64,000 bases of DNA from Planctomycetota bacterium (lineage in GTDB: Bacteria > Planctomycetota > UBA8108 > SXIK01), in the NCBI GenBank assembly GCA_965223265.1, contig OZ244999.1:6208001-6272000 (forward strand), read 5' to 3'. Within the stretch, counting starts at the first letter, position 1; every line of letters starts with the position of its first letter. The translations under genes and the position numbers were made by a program. The notes under the pieces were generated by a model, which had not been told where the DNA came from, did no database searches, and saw only the letters and a program-made list of their open reading frames with translations. Positions 29,957 through 39,504 of the stretch are shown piece by piece.

Positions 29957-30940
29957 CTAACGCGTGGACTTCTTCTCGGCCTCCTCGTAGGCGTCGACGA
30001 TGCGACCAACCAATGGGTGACGGACAATGTCCACTTTCTCCATGTGCACCCACTCGATCCCTTTGATTCTGCGAACGACACGCTTCGCGTGAATGAGCCC
30101 AGAGCGCTGCTGGTCCGGCAGATCTACTTGTGTGATGTCCCCGTTGACAACGATCTTTGAATTCATCCCCATGCGCGTCAAAAACATCTTCATCTGAGAT
30201 ATCGTAGTGTTCTGCCCTTCATCGAGGATGATAAAGGCATTGTTGAGCGTCCGCCCGCGCATATACGCTAGCGGAATGATCTCGATAATCTCACGCTCCA
30301 TATAACGCCGCACTTGATCGTAGTCGAGGATGTCGTTGAGCGCGTCGTAAAGTGGACGCAGATAAGGGTTAATCTTCGCCTGAAAGTCTCCAGGGAGGAA
30401 CCCGAGCTTCTCACCCGCCTCCACCGCAGGCCGACAAAGAATCAATCGGCGAATTTCGCCTGCCCGCAGCAGGTGGACGGCCATCCGAACCGCCAAAAAC
30501 GTTTTCCCCGTACCAGCAGGGCCGATACAGAAGACAACGCCGTTGTCCAGAATCGCGTTCATGTACCGGGCCTGGCCAGCGGAACGCGCTGCGGCCTGGA
30601 TCAGACTGCGGGAGGCGCGATCCTGGTCGCCGCCGTTGCCGTTGCCGTCGTCTGTACCGTCGCCGGCAACCGCGTCCGGCTCCGCACCGTCGATTTCCTT
30701 CAAGCGACGCTCCAAGTAGCCCGGCTCAAGCTCACGACCGCTGCGATAAAGCTCCATCATGTCGTTGAGAACCGCCGCAGCGCTTTCAACGGGGGTCTGA
30801 TCGCCCGCGACCCGAAGAGTCTTGCCGCGGGCCGTTAACTCGACGTCGAGCCTGTCTCGCAGGAGCTTCAAGTTTTGGTCTCCGAGACCGAAAAGCACCA
30901 TGGCCTCGTCAGGCGACTGAACCTGAATCGTCACTTCCAT
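29957..30940 (-). CDS. phoH: PhoH-family ATPase
   Basis: GPAGTGKT, RPAVEAGEKLGFLPGD, AYMRGRT, DEGQN. Confidence 0.92.
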   Translation of the reverse strand: MEVTIQVQSPDEAMVLFGLGDQNLKLLRDRLDVELTARGKTLRVAGDQTPVESAAAVLNDMMELYRSGRELEPGYLERRLKEIDGAEPDAVAGDGTDDGNGNGGDQDRASRSLIQAAARSAGQARYMNAILDNGVVFCIGPAGTGKTFLAVRMAVHLLRAGEIRRLILCRPAVEAGEKLGFLPGDFQAKINPYLRPLYDALNDILDYDQVRRYMEREIIEIIPLAYMRGRTLNNAFIILDEGQNTTISQMKMFLTRMGMNSKIVVNGDITQVDLPDQQRSGLIHAKRVVRRIKGIEWVHMEKVDIVRHPLVGRIVDAYEEAEKKSTR

Positions 30941-31229
30941 ACGGTCACATCCATACGTGGGCGTGTCGCTCCCAAAGCGCTGGCAGCTCCGCTGCCGGTG
31001 ATGTCTCTCCCGCGCTCCTTGGGGCCGGGGAGGCGTGTCCTGTCGGACTCATCGCCGCAAGTGCGTCGTCGTGCGTTCGAATCTCAGCGGTCGCCCCCGA
31101 AGTGCTCGTTGGAACAGGGTTGGCGACGACTTCTGTGGCATCGCTCAGGACAACGCTCCGTGAGGTCGGCTGGCGACAGGCGCGGCGAAAACAGCTGCCG
31201 CCTCTATCGCTCATGGCCGCGTCTGCAAT

Positions 31230-32066
31230 CTAAGTCGACAACTCGAGAAGGAACCAAAAGAAAATCCCACTAAAGACCGTGCTGTCGATCAAATCCAACA
31301 CGCCACCGAATTCGGGCAAGAGGACACTCGAGTCCTTGACGCCACACGAACGCTTCATCAGCGATTCGACGAGGTCCCCAAACTGAGTGACGACTGAAAA
31401 AATTATCCCCAACAGAATCGTTTGCGGCCAATCAAAAAAAATATCGGGCCATAGGCTACGGCCGAGCAAAAACCACAGCACGCTAAACAGAACCGCCGCG
31501 CTGCATCCTTCCAAAGTCTTCTTGGGACTGACCTTGAGAAAGGTGTGTCGTCCGAACGCGCGACCCGAAAAATACGCGACTATGTCATTTCCCTTGACAC
31601 CGAAAAGAAAAAAAACACTCAGCCACAATCCGTCGTTTCGGAAGTAGATGCGCAGAAGATAGGAGAAAAGAAAACCGTAGAGGAGGACTGCACACAAGCA
31701 GACGACGGCGAGACGGAAGCCCGCTTCATGGTCGGGGCGGAAAATCACCGCCGCAAACAGCACCAACAGCGTGGCGGCAATCCCAGCGGCAAGAAGCGCG
31801 GGATACATGACGCCGCGGCTGCTTTCGACCCACGCTTCCCCGAGAAAAAACGCCGCGGCGGCGCACGACGCGACCACGAGAAGCGGACCACCACCGGCGG
31901 CACGATCGTGAGCTCGACACATACGCGTCGCCTCGAAGACGCCAGCAACGCCCAAGACGCAAATCACCGCCGCCACGAAGACCCGGGTCTCGAGCGCCTG
32001 ATCGAGGTAAAACAGGAATGCCACGGCAGCGATGAGGACCGCGCCGATCACGATTCTCGTCTTCAT
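31230..32066 (-). CDS. cdsA: Phosphatidate cytidylyltransferase
   Basis: SPKKTLEG, GDLVESLMKR..GVKDS..LPEFGGVLD. Confidence 0.9.
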   Translation of the reverse strand: MKTRIVIGAVLIAAVAFLFYLDQALETRVFVAAVICVLGVAGVFEATRMCRAHDRAAGGGPLLVVASCAAAAFFLGEAWVESSRGVMYPALLAAGIAATLLVLFAAVIFRPDHEAGFRLAVVCLCAVLLYGFLFSYLLRIYFRNDGLWLSVFFLFGVKGNDIVAYFSGRAFGRHTFLKVSPKKTLEGCSAAVLFSVLWFLLGRSLWPDIFFDWPQTILLGIIFSVVTQFGDLVESLMKRSCGVKDSSVLLPEFGGVLDLIDSTVFSGIFFWFLLELST

Positions 32067-32162
32067 ACCCCAGACGACCCCGGAGTTGCCCGTCGACTCG
32101 TGCTGAACCAGCTCTCAAGAACCATCATGAATTCGCTGCCACCATGAGTTCGCCGTCCACGT

Positions 32163-32969
32163 TCAATCGCGACGAGTTCGAGCAGAACCCGACTTGGCGC
32201 CGTCGCCGACGGCACCGTACTTGCGCTCTCGCGAGACGTAAGACTCCAAGGCCTGTTCAAAATCGACGACCTCGAACTCGGGCCACAGTGCATCAGTGGT
32301 CCAGATCTCTGTATACGAACACTGCCAGAGAAGAAAGTTCGATAGACGAAACTCTCCAGCCGTGCGAATCAGCAAATCTGGATCCGTCATCGAAGGGTCG
32401 TAAAAGTAGCGGCCGAAATCGTCTTCTCTCAGCTGGCGCGCAGCTTCGCAAGTGAGCTCTCCGGCACTGATCGCTGCGGCGACCCGCCCCACCGCACGCA
32501 GGATCTCCTGGCGTGAGCCGTAGTTCAGCGCCAGGCGCAGCACCATCCCTTGATTCTGCGACGTCAGGCGCTCCGACTCCCGTAGTTCGGAAACCACACC
32601 GGGCTCCAACGCGTCGACGTCGCCGATCGACTTCAACCGAATGCCATTCTCCATCATCTCGCCACGTTCGCCGACGAGGTAACGCCGCAACAGCCGCATC
32701 AGAAAGCCGATCTCACTCGGTGGGCGGCGTTCGAAATTCTCCGTCGAGAGTGCGTAGAACGTCACCTCTTCGATGCCCAACCTGCGGGCGCAGCGCGTGA
32801 TGCGGCGCAGAGAATCAGCGCCCTTCTCATGTCCTTTGAGGCGAATCAGGCCACGCCGGTTGGCCCAGCGTCCGTTGCCGTCCATGATGAACGCGACATG
32901 ACGCGGCAGATCCTCCCGGCGCCACCGCTCGAGGTCGGGCGAGGCCGAAGAATTCGCTCGTTGGGTCAC
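32163..32969 (-). CDS. uppS: Undecaprenyl diphosphate synthase
   Basis: HVAFIMDGNGRWA, STEN, ALNYGSRQE, IRTAGEFRLSNFLLWQ. GTG start overlaps the purA stop. Confidence 0.92.
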   Translation of the reverse strand: MTQRANSSASPDLERWRREDLPRHVAFIMDGNGRWANRRGLIRLKGHEKGADSLRRITRCARRLGIEEVTFYALSTENFERRPPSEIGFLMRLLRRYLVGERGEMMENGIRLKSIGDVDALEPGVVSELRESERLTSQNQGMVLRLALNYGSRQEILRAVGRVAAAISAGELTCEAARQLREDDFGRYFYDPSMTDPDLLIRTAGEFRLSNFLLWQCSYTEIWTTDALWPEFEVVDFEQALESYVSRERKYGAVGDGAKSGSARTRRD

Positions 32970-34315
32970 TTCGAACGAGGCTCCAAGCGTTTCTGACGTG
33001 AGCGCGCCCCACCCGTCGTCGGGTGGAGCCACGGGTCGAACGAAACAAGCTCTGAACGCTCCTGGCCGACGGAAACCATCGCGATCGGACAATCGGTCAC
33101 GTCCGCCAAGTACTGAAGGTATGCCATCGCGCCGCGTGGCAAGTCCGTCGGCTTCCTACACTTCACCGTACTGGCTTGCCACCCAGAGATCGTTTGGTAG
33201 CAGGGCGATACACCTGTGCGCAGTTCGGTCGGAAAACGATCGACGCGCCCACTGCCGTTGAGCTCGTAGCTGGTCGCCACCTTGATCTCTTCGAGGTCGT
33301 CCAAGACGTCGAGTTTGGTGATGACAAGAGCATCGACGTCACCCACTTCGATGGCATATCGAAGGGCAACAGTGTCAACCCAACCGCACCGCCGCGGTCG
33401 CCCGGTCGTGGCGCCAAACTCACCGCCCGTTTGACGAAGCTGTTCTCCGATCCCGCCCTCGATCTCGGTGGGAAACGGCCCCTCGCCGACGCGAGTCGAA
33501 TAGGCCTTGGCGATCCCCAGAACCGTGCCGACCTCTCGCGGCGAAAACCCCGTGCCTGGGCCGAGGCCGAGGAAGGAGGTGTTCGACGAAGTGACGTAGG
33601 GGTACGTTCCCAGATCGAGATCCAAAAGCACCCCCTGTGCGCCCTCGAACAGAATCCGCGCGCCTTGTCGATGTTTCTCCCACAAAGCTTGGGAAAGGTC
33701 GCGGACGAGCGGCTTGAGTCGTTGGCCATACTCCGTGTACTCGTCAACAAGAGCGTCGACCTCGAGCGCCTCTTCGCCGTAGATCTGGGTGATCTCCGCG
33801 TTCTTCTGGTCGAGGCAGGCTTTGAGTCGTTCGTGCAGTCGATCCGGATCGATCAAGTCCAGCATCCGAATCCCCTGGCGTGCGGTCTTGTCGGCGTAGC
33901 ACGGACCAATGCCGCGCAGCGTCGTCCCGATCTTGCTCGCCTCGCACGCGGCCTCGCGCGCGGCGTCGAGAACTCTGTGATAAGGCAACACGACGTGGGC
34001 GCGTTCGCTGATCCAGACGTTTGCTTCGTGATCGATGCCGGCGGTGGCGAGACCGTCAAGCTCCTCAATCAGCGCCCGCGGGTCGACGACGACACCGTTA
34101 CCAAGGGCACAGATGGTACCTTCCTGAAGAATCCCGGATGGGATCAGGTGGAACACGTACTGCTGATCGCCGATCTTCACCGTGTGGCCAGCATTCGCCC
34201 CACCTTGGTAGCGGACGACAACATCAAAGTCGTGCGTCAGGGCGTCGACGATCTTCCCTTTGCCTTCGTCGCCCCATTGGATTCCAACCACACAGAGGTG
34301 CTTGCTCGCGCTCAT
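32966..34315 (-). CDS. purA: Adenylosuccinate synthetase
   Basis: QWGDEGKGK, GGANAGHT, GTYPYVTSS, GATTGRPRRCGW. Confidence 0.97.
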   Translation of the reverse strand: MSASKHLCVVGIQWGDEGKGKIVDALTHDFDVVVRYQGGANAGHTVKIGDQQYVFHLIPSGILQEGTICALGNGVVVDPRALIEELDGLATAGIDHEANVWISERAHVVLPYHRVLDAAREAACEASKIGTTLRGIGPCYADKTARQGIRMLDLIDPDRLHERLKACLDQKNAEITQIYGEEALEVDALVDEYTEYGQRLKPLVRDLSQALWEKHRQGARILFEGAQGVLLDLDLGTYPYVTSSNTSFLGLGPGTGFSPREVGTVLGIAKAYSTRVGEGPFPTEIEGGIGEQLRQTGGEFGATTGRPRRCGWVDTVALRYAIEVGDVDALVITKLDVLDDLEEIKVATSYELNGSGRVDRFPTELRTGVSPCYQTISGWQASTVKCRKPTDLPRGAMAYLQYLADVTDCPIAMVSVGQERSELVSFDPWLHPTTGGARSRQKRLEPRSK

Positions 34316-34473
34316 GTCAACTCGTCAAATCCTGCCATCCGGTGAAACAGAAATAGTCCCTCGCAACGCTCTCTGAAAAGGCTCTTTCGTCGGCTCCGCA
34401 CGCTTCGAGAATCGGACCCGGGAGTGGGCGCGAAGACCCGGTCTCTCGGTCGAATCGACTCTGCAGACGCTCG

Positions 34474-35655
34474 TTAGCCGAGCTGAGTCGCCAAGAGCGG
34501 CTTCTGATCACGGATCATCCTCGCATACTGGTCGAACAAAAGCGTGAAGTCGTTCGGGCCCGGTGCGGACTCCGGGTGAAACTGCACAGTGAAGAGCGGC
34601 AACTCTTCGTGATAGATGCCCTCAAGCGAACCGTCATTGAGGTTGACGAAGTAGGGCTTTGTCTTGCTGTCGAGAGACTCCGGCCGGATCGCGTAACAAT
34701 GGTTCTGCACAGAGATCTCGACTTTCCCGTTGAGCAAATTCTTCACCGGGTGGTTGCCACCGTGGTGACCGAACCTCAGCTTGTACGCCTCTGCGCCGAG
34801 GGCAAGTGAGGTCAACTGATGTCCAAGGCAAATGCCAAAGAGGGGGTAGCGCCCGATCAGCTTGCGCACAGTTTCGATGGCGTAGGGAAGCCCCTCTGGA
34901 TCTCCTGGTCCGTTGGAAAGAAAGACACCGTCCGGCTCCAGCCCTTCCACGTCCTCCACGGTCGCGTGCGCCGGTAGAACGTGAACCTCAAATCCCATCT
35001 CGCACAGAATGCGGAGAATGTTGAATTTGATCCCAAAATCAAACGCGACGATCTTGAGACCACTCCCCAACGCTTCAGCGTCGCAGTTGGCACGGAAGCA
35101 ATTGGCGAATGGCGTTGTGAATCCCTGCCGCCACTGATCCAACCGCGAGCAAGTCACCTCTGACACCATGTCAACGCCGTCGAGGCCGCTCCACGCCTTC
35201 GCCTTTTCGATCAGTGCGGCGTCAGACGCGAGATCGTCACCACACGCGACGACGCCCTTGAGTGACCCGGAGACGCGAATCAGTTTGGTCAAGGCTCTGG
35301 TGTCAACGCCCGCGATCCCGACGATACCGAATTTCTCCAGGTACTCGTCGAGCGGTCCGCGCGAACGGAAATTCGATGGCCTGCGGCTCAGTTCACGAAC
35401 AATCACGCCGCGCACGAACGGCCGGAATGACTCCTCGTCGTCGGGATTGATGCCGTAGTTTCCGATGAGCGGATTCGTCATAACGACCATTTGGCCGTTG
35501 TACGAAGGATCGGTGAAAATCTCCTGATAGCCGGTCAGCGAGGTGTTGAAGACCACTTCGCCCACCGACTCACCGGCCGCACCGATGCTCTCGCCATGGA
35601 GGACGGTGCCATCTTCGAGCGCAATCTTTGCGGGTGGTCTGGCCTTGTGGGGCAT
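34474..35655 (-). CDS. carA: Carbamoyl-phosphate synthase small subunit
   Basis: GEVVFNT, TDPSY, LSNGPGDP, GICLGHQ, QFHPE. Confidence 0.96.
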   Translation of the reverse strand: MPHKARPPAKIALEDGTVLHGESIGAAGESVGEVVFNTSLTGYQEIFTDPSYNGQMVVMTNPLIGNYGINPDDEESFRPFVRGVIVRELSRRPSNFRSRGPLDEYLEKFGIVGIAGVDTRALTKLIRVSGSLKGVVACGDDLASDAALIEKAKAWSGLDGVDMVSEVTCSRLDQWRQGFTTPFANCFRANCDAEALGSGLKIVAFDFGIKFNILRILCEMGFEVHVLPAHATVEDVEGLEPDGVFLSNGPGDPEGLPYAIETVRKLIGRYPLFGICLGHQLTSLALGAEAYKLRFGHHGGNHPVKNLLNGKVEISVQNHCYAIRPESLDSKTKPYFVNLNDGSLEGIYHEELPLFTVQFHPESAPGPNDFTLLFDQYARMIRDQKPLLATQLG

Positions 35656-35771
35656 GTGCTAGTTCTTTTCGTGATTCTGCGTCACTGCGTCGCGGCGCAT
35701 ATTATGGGCCGCACCGTGAGTGTTTTCCAGGAAGAAGCCCGCGGCCGAACGCTGACTCGAATGACGTCCAA

Positions 35772-37055
35772 TCAAGCCCCCTTGGGCTCGATGAACTCTC
35801 GACCGCCAAGGTATTTGCGGAGGACCTCAGGGATCCTGACGCGACCGTCAGCGAGCTGGTGATTTTCGAGCAGTGCGATCAAGACGCGCGGACTGGCGAT
35901 CGCGGTATTGTTGAGAGTATGGCAAAAGCGCACAGTGCCGGAGTCGTCGCGATAGCGCAGATTGAGACGGCGCGATTGGTAGTCGTAGAACCGCGACGCG
36001 CTGTGCGTCTCGCCATAGCCGCCACGTGACGGCATCCATGTCTCGATGTCGTACTTCTGAATCTGCGGCACGCCAAGATCGCCACCGCACACGTTGACAA
36101 CACGGTACGGAAGGTCCAACGCTTGCAGGATATTCTCCGCGTTCTCAAGGATGAATTGATGAAAACGCTTCGACTCCTCGACGTCGTTCTTGCAAACAAT
36201 GACCTGCTCGACTTTTGAGAACTGGTGGATCCGATAGAGTCCTTTCGTGTCACGCCCTGCAGCACCCGCTTCGCGCCGATAGCACGAAGAGTAGCCGGCG
36301 TAGAGTTTGGGGAGATCCGCCGCCGCCAGCATCTCGTCGCCGTGGTAGGCGGTCACCGGAACCTCGGACGTCCCGACGAGGTAGAGATCGTCGAGCTCGC
36401 ACTTGTACGCTTGGTCCTCGCCACCTGGAAAGTATGCCGTGCCGACGAGCGCGTCGCGCCGCACAAGTGTCGGCACAACCATCGGCGTGAACCCGATCTC
36501 GACTAGGCGCTCGAGTGTGAACTGCAGAACCGCCAACTCTAGCAGCGCTCCCTCATTCTTGAGCAGATACATGCGCGAGCCGGAGAGCTTTGCAGCGCGC
36601 TTCATGTCGATGAGATCGAGCTCTTCGCCGATCGTCAGATGGTCACGCGGCTCGAAATCGAATTTCGGTGGCTCGCCCCACTTCTTCAGCTCGACGTTGT
36701 CCGCGTCGTCGACGCCCTCGGGGACGTCAGGATCGGGTACGTTCGGGATACGAAGCAGCAGTTCGGACACTTCGGCTTCCACCTCGCCCAAGCGCACGTC
36801 GAGGCTCTTACGCCGCGCCGAAATCTCCTTCATCTTGGCGCCGAGCGTCGCCTTCTCTGGACCACTCAGCTGAGCGATTTCCTTGCCGGTCCGATTCTGT
36901 TCGGCCTTGAGCTCGTCGCGCTCTCGGACCACCGCGCGGCGTTCGTCATCGAGCGCGACGAAACGGTCGATGTCGTCATCGAGCGGCATGCGCTTCTTTC
37001 GCGCACCGGCCTTGACGGCATCCGGATCCTGCCGAATTTTCTTGGGGTCGAGCAT
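35772..37055 (-). CDS. serS: Serine--tRNA ligase
   Basis: GTSEVP, RREAG, GLYRIHQF, HTLNNTAIA. Confidence 0.96.
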   Translation of the reverse strand: MLDPKKIRQDPDAVKAGARKKRMPLDDDIDRFVALDDERRAVVRERDELKAEQNRTGKEIAQLSGPEKATLGAKMKEISARRKSLDVRLGEVEAEVSELLLRIPNVPDPDVPEGVDDADNVELKKWGEPPKFDFEPRDHLTIGEELDLIDMKRAAKLSGSRMYLLKNEGALLELAVLQFTLERLVEIGFTPMVVPTLVRRDALVGTAYFPGGEDQAYKCELDDLYLVGTSEVPVTAYHGDEMLAAADLPKLYAGYSSCYRREAGAAGRDTKGLYRIHQFSKVEQVIVCKNDVEESKRFHQFILENAENILQALDLPYRVVNVCGGDLGVPQIQKYDIETWMPSRGGYGETHSASRFYDYQSRRLNLRYRDDSGTVRFCHTLNNTAIASPRVLIALLENHQLADGRVRIPEVLRKYLGGREFIEPKGA

Positions 37056-37197
37056 GGCGGCCTCGGCGGTTGAGATTGCTGCATTTGACCGCACAGCTCA
37101 CCGCTGAGGCGCGACAGCGCCAGGGCGAGAAAAGCCAGTCAAACGCGCAGAACATAGTCCGCGGCCGATGACAACTCAAGACCTTTCTTGCGGGGCT

Positions 37198-37334
37198 CGC
37201 ACCCCCTGATTCCGACGCTCTCACGGGGCAGCGGGAGGCGCCGAAACGATCGCTGCCAAAAGGTTCGACGTCCGAGTCCAGGCTCAACGCGGCACGAAGA
37301 GCCGCGGGAAGAGCAGCCGTCCGCTGAGGGTGCG
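37198..37334 (-). ncRNA. Candidate multi-stem structured RNA in the usp-serS intergenic region
   Basis: Minus-strand closing stem CGCACCCUC/GGGGGUGCG; inner GACG/CGUC and GCUCU/AGAGC; hairpins GCGGC/GCCGC and GGCAGCG/CGCUGCC with a UUCG loop. No family recognised. Confidence 0.3.
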
Positions 37335-37446
37335 CGGCGCGTTCGTCCTCGCTCTCGTTTCGAACAGGAACCGCGCTCGACGAGTTGAGCCCTCTCGTGT
37401 CGAGCCTGGAAGCACCAGGCAGCCGCGCACCGAGCAAATTCGACCG

Positions 37447-38406
37447 TCAGACCAGAGTCATCGTGGCACCACTCTCGACACGCCTCTCCTCGCGGACACG
37501 GGGAGGACGAACCGTCAGTACCGGCACGGACGCTTGCCGCACGAACTTCTCGGCGACGCTGCCCAAGACCAGATGCTGAAAACCGGTCCAGCCGTGCGTG
37601 GAAATCATGGCGAGCTGGTAGCCGCCGTTCGCGGCGAGCCGCAAGATCTCGCTCGCCGGCGCCCCCTCGCCGATGAGAAACTCCGCGTCGACTCCTGGCA
37701 GTTCTTGCCGTCGAAGGCGCTCAAACTCCTCGTGCGCCCGGTCTGGGGCTTCAAAGAAAGCCTGCCTAACGGCGTGGTTGCCGAACGCTGCGGGCAGACG
37801 CCCGACAGTGTACGGAATCGGCGGCAAAACGTGAAAAAACGTGAACTGGCACCCGTACTCTCGCGCCCACAGTCGGACTGCCGGAAACACGGCTCGCGCC
37901 TGCTCCGAAAAATCGATCGGCACCAAGACGCGCTGACAGTGTCGCGGGAACTCCGTCGCGCCGCTCTTCGGGCAGACCAAGACGGGTACCGTGAGGACTC
38001 TCAACAGCTTCTCGGCGAAGCTCCCCAAGATGCAGTGACCAAGGCCGGTCCGGCCGTGCGTAGCAATCACCGCGAGATCGATGCTCTCTTCGTGAGCGAG
38101 ACGATTGAGCTCACCTTGCGGCGACCGGCCGCAAACGAGGCGCGGCGTTGCATTCGCCGCGCGCAGATCTGGGCGCTCTGCAGCTTCTCGAGTCAGTCGG
38201 CGCTCAAGATCATCGAGGTAGGCATCTTTCGGCACGTCGGTCACGACGCCTTCAAGGTTCATGTAGTAGAAAGGTGGCAGCGATTCCGCCGCATGGACAA
38301 CGTAAAGCTCGGCGCCAAAGCGTCCCGCAAGCTCGCCGGCGGGACCGTACGCGGTCGACGCAAGCTCCGAGAAGTCGGTCGTCACCATGACTCTGTTCAG
38401 TTCCAT
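37447..38406 (-). CDS. Tandem-domain universal stress protein
   Basis: Two USP domains: TTDFSE...THGRTG..LGSFAEK and VPIDFSE...THGWTG..LGSVAEK. GAGGAGG RBS. Confidence 0.92.
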   Translation of the reverse strand: MELNRVMVTTDFSELASTAYGPAGELAGRFGAELYVVHAAESLPPFYYMNLEGVVTDVPKDAYLDDLERRLTREAAERPDLRAANATPRLVCGRSPQGELNRLAHEESIDLAVIATHGRTGLGHCILGSFAEKLLRVLTVPVLVCPKSGATEFPRHCQRVLVPIDFSEQARAVFPAVRLWAREYGCQFTFFHVLPPIPYTVGRLPAAFGNHAVRQAFFEAPDRAHEEFERLRRQELPGVDAEFLIGEGAPASEILRLAANGGYQLAMISTHGWTGFQHLVLGSVAEKFVRQASVPVLTVRPPRVREERRVESGATMTLV

Positions 38407-38473
38407 CGGTACCTCCTCTAACAGCCCTTTGAAGGAGTCATACGGCTGGGAAACCGGCCCCTTCACGCCCAGA

Positions 38474-38974
38474 TCAGCGCCCAGCGCCGTGGCCGTAGAA
38501 CTCTCCGTAGAAGTCGGGGTTTTCGAGCAGGCGGAGCAAGTCGAAGCTGGACAGCACCCCGATCGGACAACCGTCTTCGACAACAATGACACGGTGGATG
38601 CGCTGCATTCGCATCATCTGGACGACACTTCTCAGTGCGTCATACGGCGCCACGTAACGAACCTTGCGCTGCATAGTGTCACGTGCGGTGGAGTGGAAAA
38701 ACTCCTCTTCGAGCCGCTGTGCCCTATCGCTCGCCGACGCGGTCTTGCCATCCGCGGAGACCCCCGTTAGCGCATGCGACATACGACGCACGAGATCGGT
38801 CTGCGAGATTTCACCGACGAGGAATCCTCGATCATCGACGACCGGGACGCCCGAAATATCGTTCGCGGCCAGTACCTTGTTGACCTCACCTAGGGGAGTC
38901 GCCTCGTGAACTGAAACGACGCGATCGCGCTGAAGAACGTCGCTCACGCGCAGTCGTGTGACATTGGAAACCAT
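38474..38974 (-). CDS. CBS-domain pair protein
   Basis: ISGVPVVDD..LVGEISQTD and IHRVIVVE...GVLSSFD. Confidence 0.88.
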   Translation of the reverse strand: MVSNVTRLRVSDVLQRDRVVSVHEATPLGEVNKVLAANDISGVPVVDDRGFLVGEISQTDLVRRMSHALTGVSADGKTASASDRAQRLEEEFFHSTARDTMQRKVRYVAPYDALRSVVQMMRMQRIHRVIVVEDGCPIGVLSSFDLLRLLENPDFYGEFYGHGAGR

Positions 38975-39091
38975 TGTCCGTTTCTCCGTGAGTCTCTGAG
39001 GCCGACGACGGCTTGTTCATCGTCAGCCAGCCTTCGGGGTCCTGCTCTCAACCGAACTGCGTTCACCGGCCTGGAAGTGTTCATAGGTCCC

Positions 39092-39136
39092 GTAAGGGCA
39101 GACGGGTAAGGGACAGACAAGTAAGAGACAGACAGC
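39092..39136. repeat. Three imperfect ~15-bp tandem repeats (GTAAGRGACAGAC-like)
   Basis: GTAAGGGCAGACGG GTAAGGGACAGACAA GTAAGAGACAGACAG, in the 5' leader of the CBS gene. Confidence 0.5.
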
Positions 39137-39149
39137 AAACAAGGTTCCA
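39134..39149 (-). promoter_or_regulatory. sigma54 (-24/-12) promoter for the CBS-USP genes
   Basis: TGGAACCTTGTTTGCT: GG-N10-GC spacing matches TGGCAC-N5-TTGCW. Lies next to a sigma54 activator gene. Confidence 0.7.
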
Positions 39150-39190
39150 CGCATGGATGCGGAGGCTGAATTTGCCGCAGGCGGATTCAA

Positions 39191-39367
39191 CAGCCTGTTG
39201 AAAGAGTGCTTCGAGCTGAAGACTCGTCGCTTCGCGTCCAGATCAGCCGCGGGGAAAGCAGGTAATCTCCGAGCCCTCTTCTACAAGACATACACGGCGG
39301 GGCTCGCCGCGGCTGATCTGGGCGTTAGAGGCGGGTTCGTCAGCCGAACGACTTTTTCAACGGGCTG
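39191..39367. mobile_element. MITE copy 2 (177 bp)
   Basis: CAGCCTGTTGAAAGAGT ... ACTTTTTCAACGGGCTG; TCAA duplicated at 39187-39190 and 39368-39371. Shares the internal GCAGGTAATCTCCGAG with copy 1. Confidence 0.85.
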
Positions 39368-39436
39368 TCAAGCCTGAACGGGCGTTTCAAGACGCGGCGA
39401 GTTCCCGGATCAACCGGTGCTTCGACGTGCACCCCG

Positions 39437-39474
39437 GTGCGGATTTCTTCGCACTGCGGATAAAAATCCCGCAC
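39437..39474. promoter_or_regulatory. Tandem dyad sites, putative enhancer (UAS) for the NtrC-type activator
   Basis: GTGCGGATTTCTTCGCAC followed by TGCGGATAAAAATCCCGCAC. Confidence 0.5.
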
Positions 39475-39504
39475 TGAATTCGCGCCTCGCGCCGGGCGCC
39501 AGAC

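Noticed and set aside
33176-34345. Long antisense ORFs (also 37330-38421, 40639-41679, 26223-27080, 57590-58507)
   Set aside because: They are mirror frames of well-supported genes, expected at high GC, and contain no motifs.
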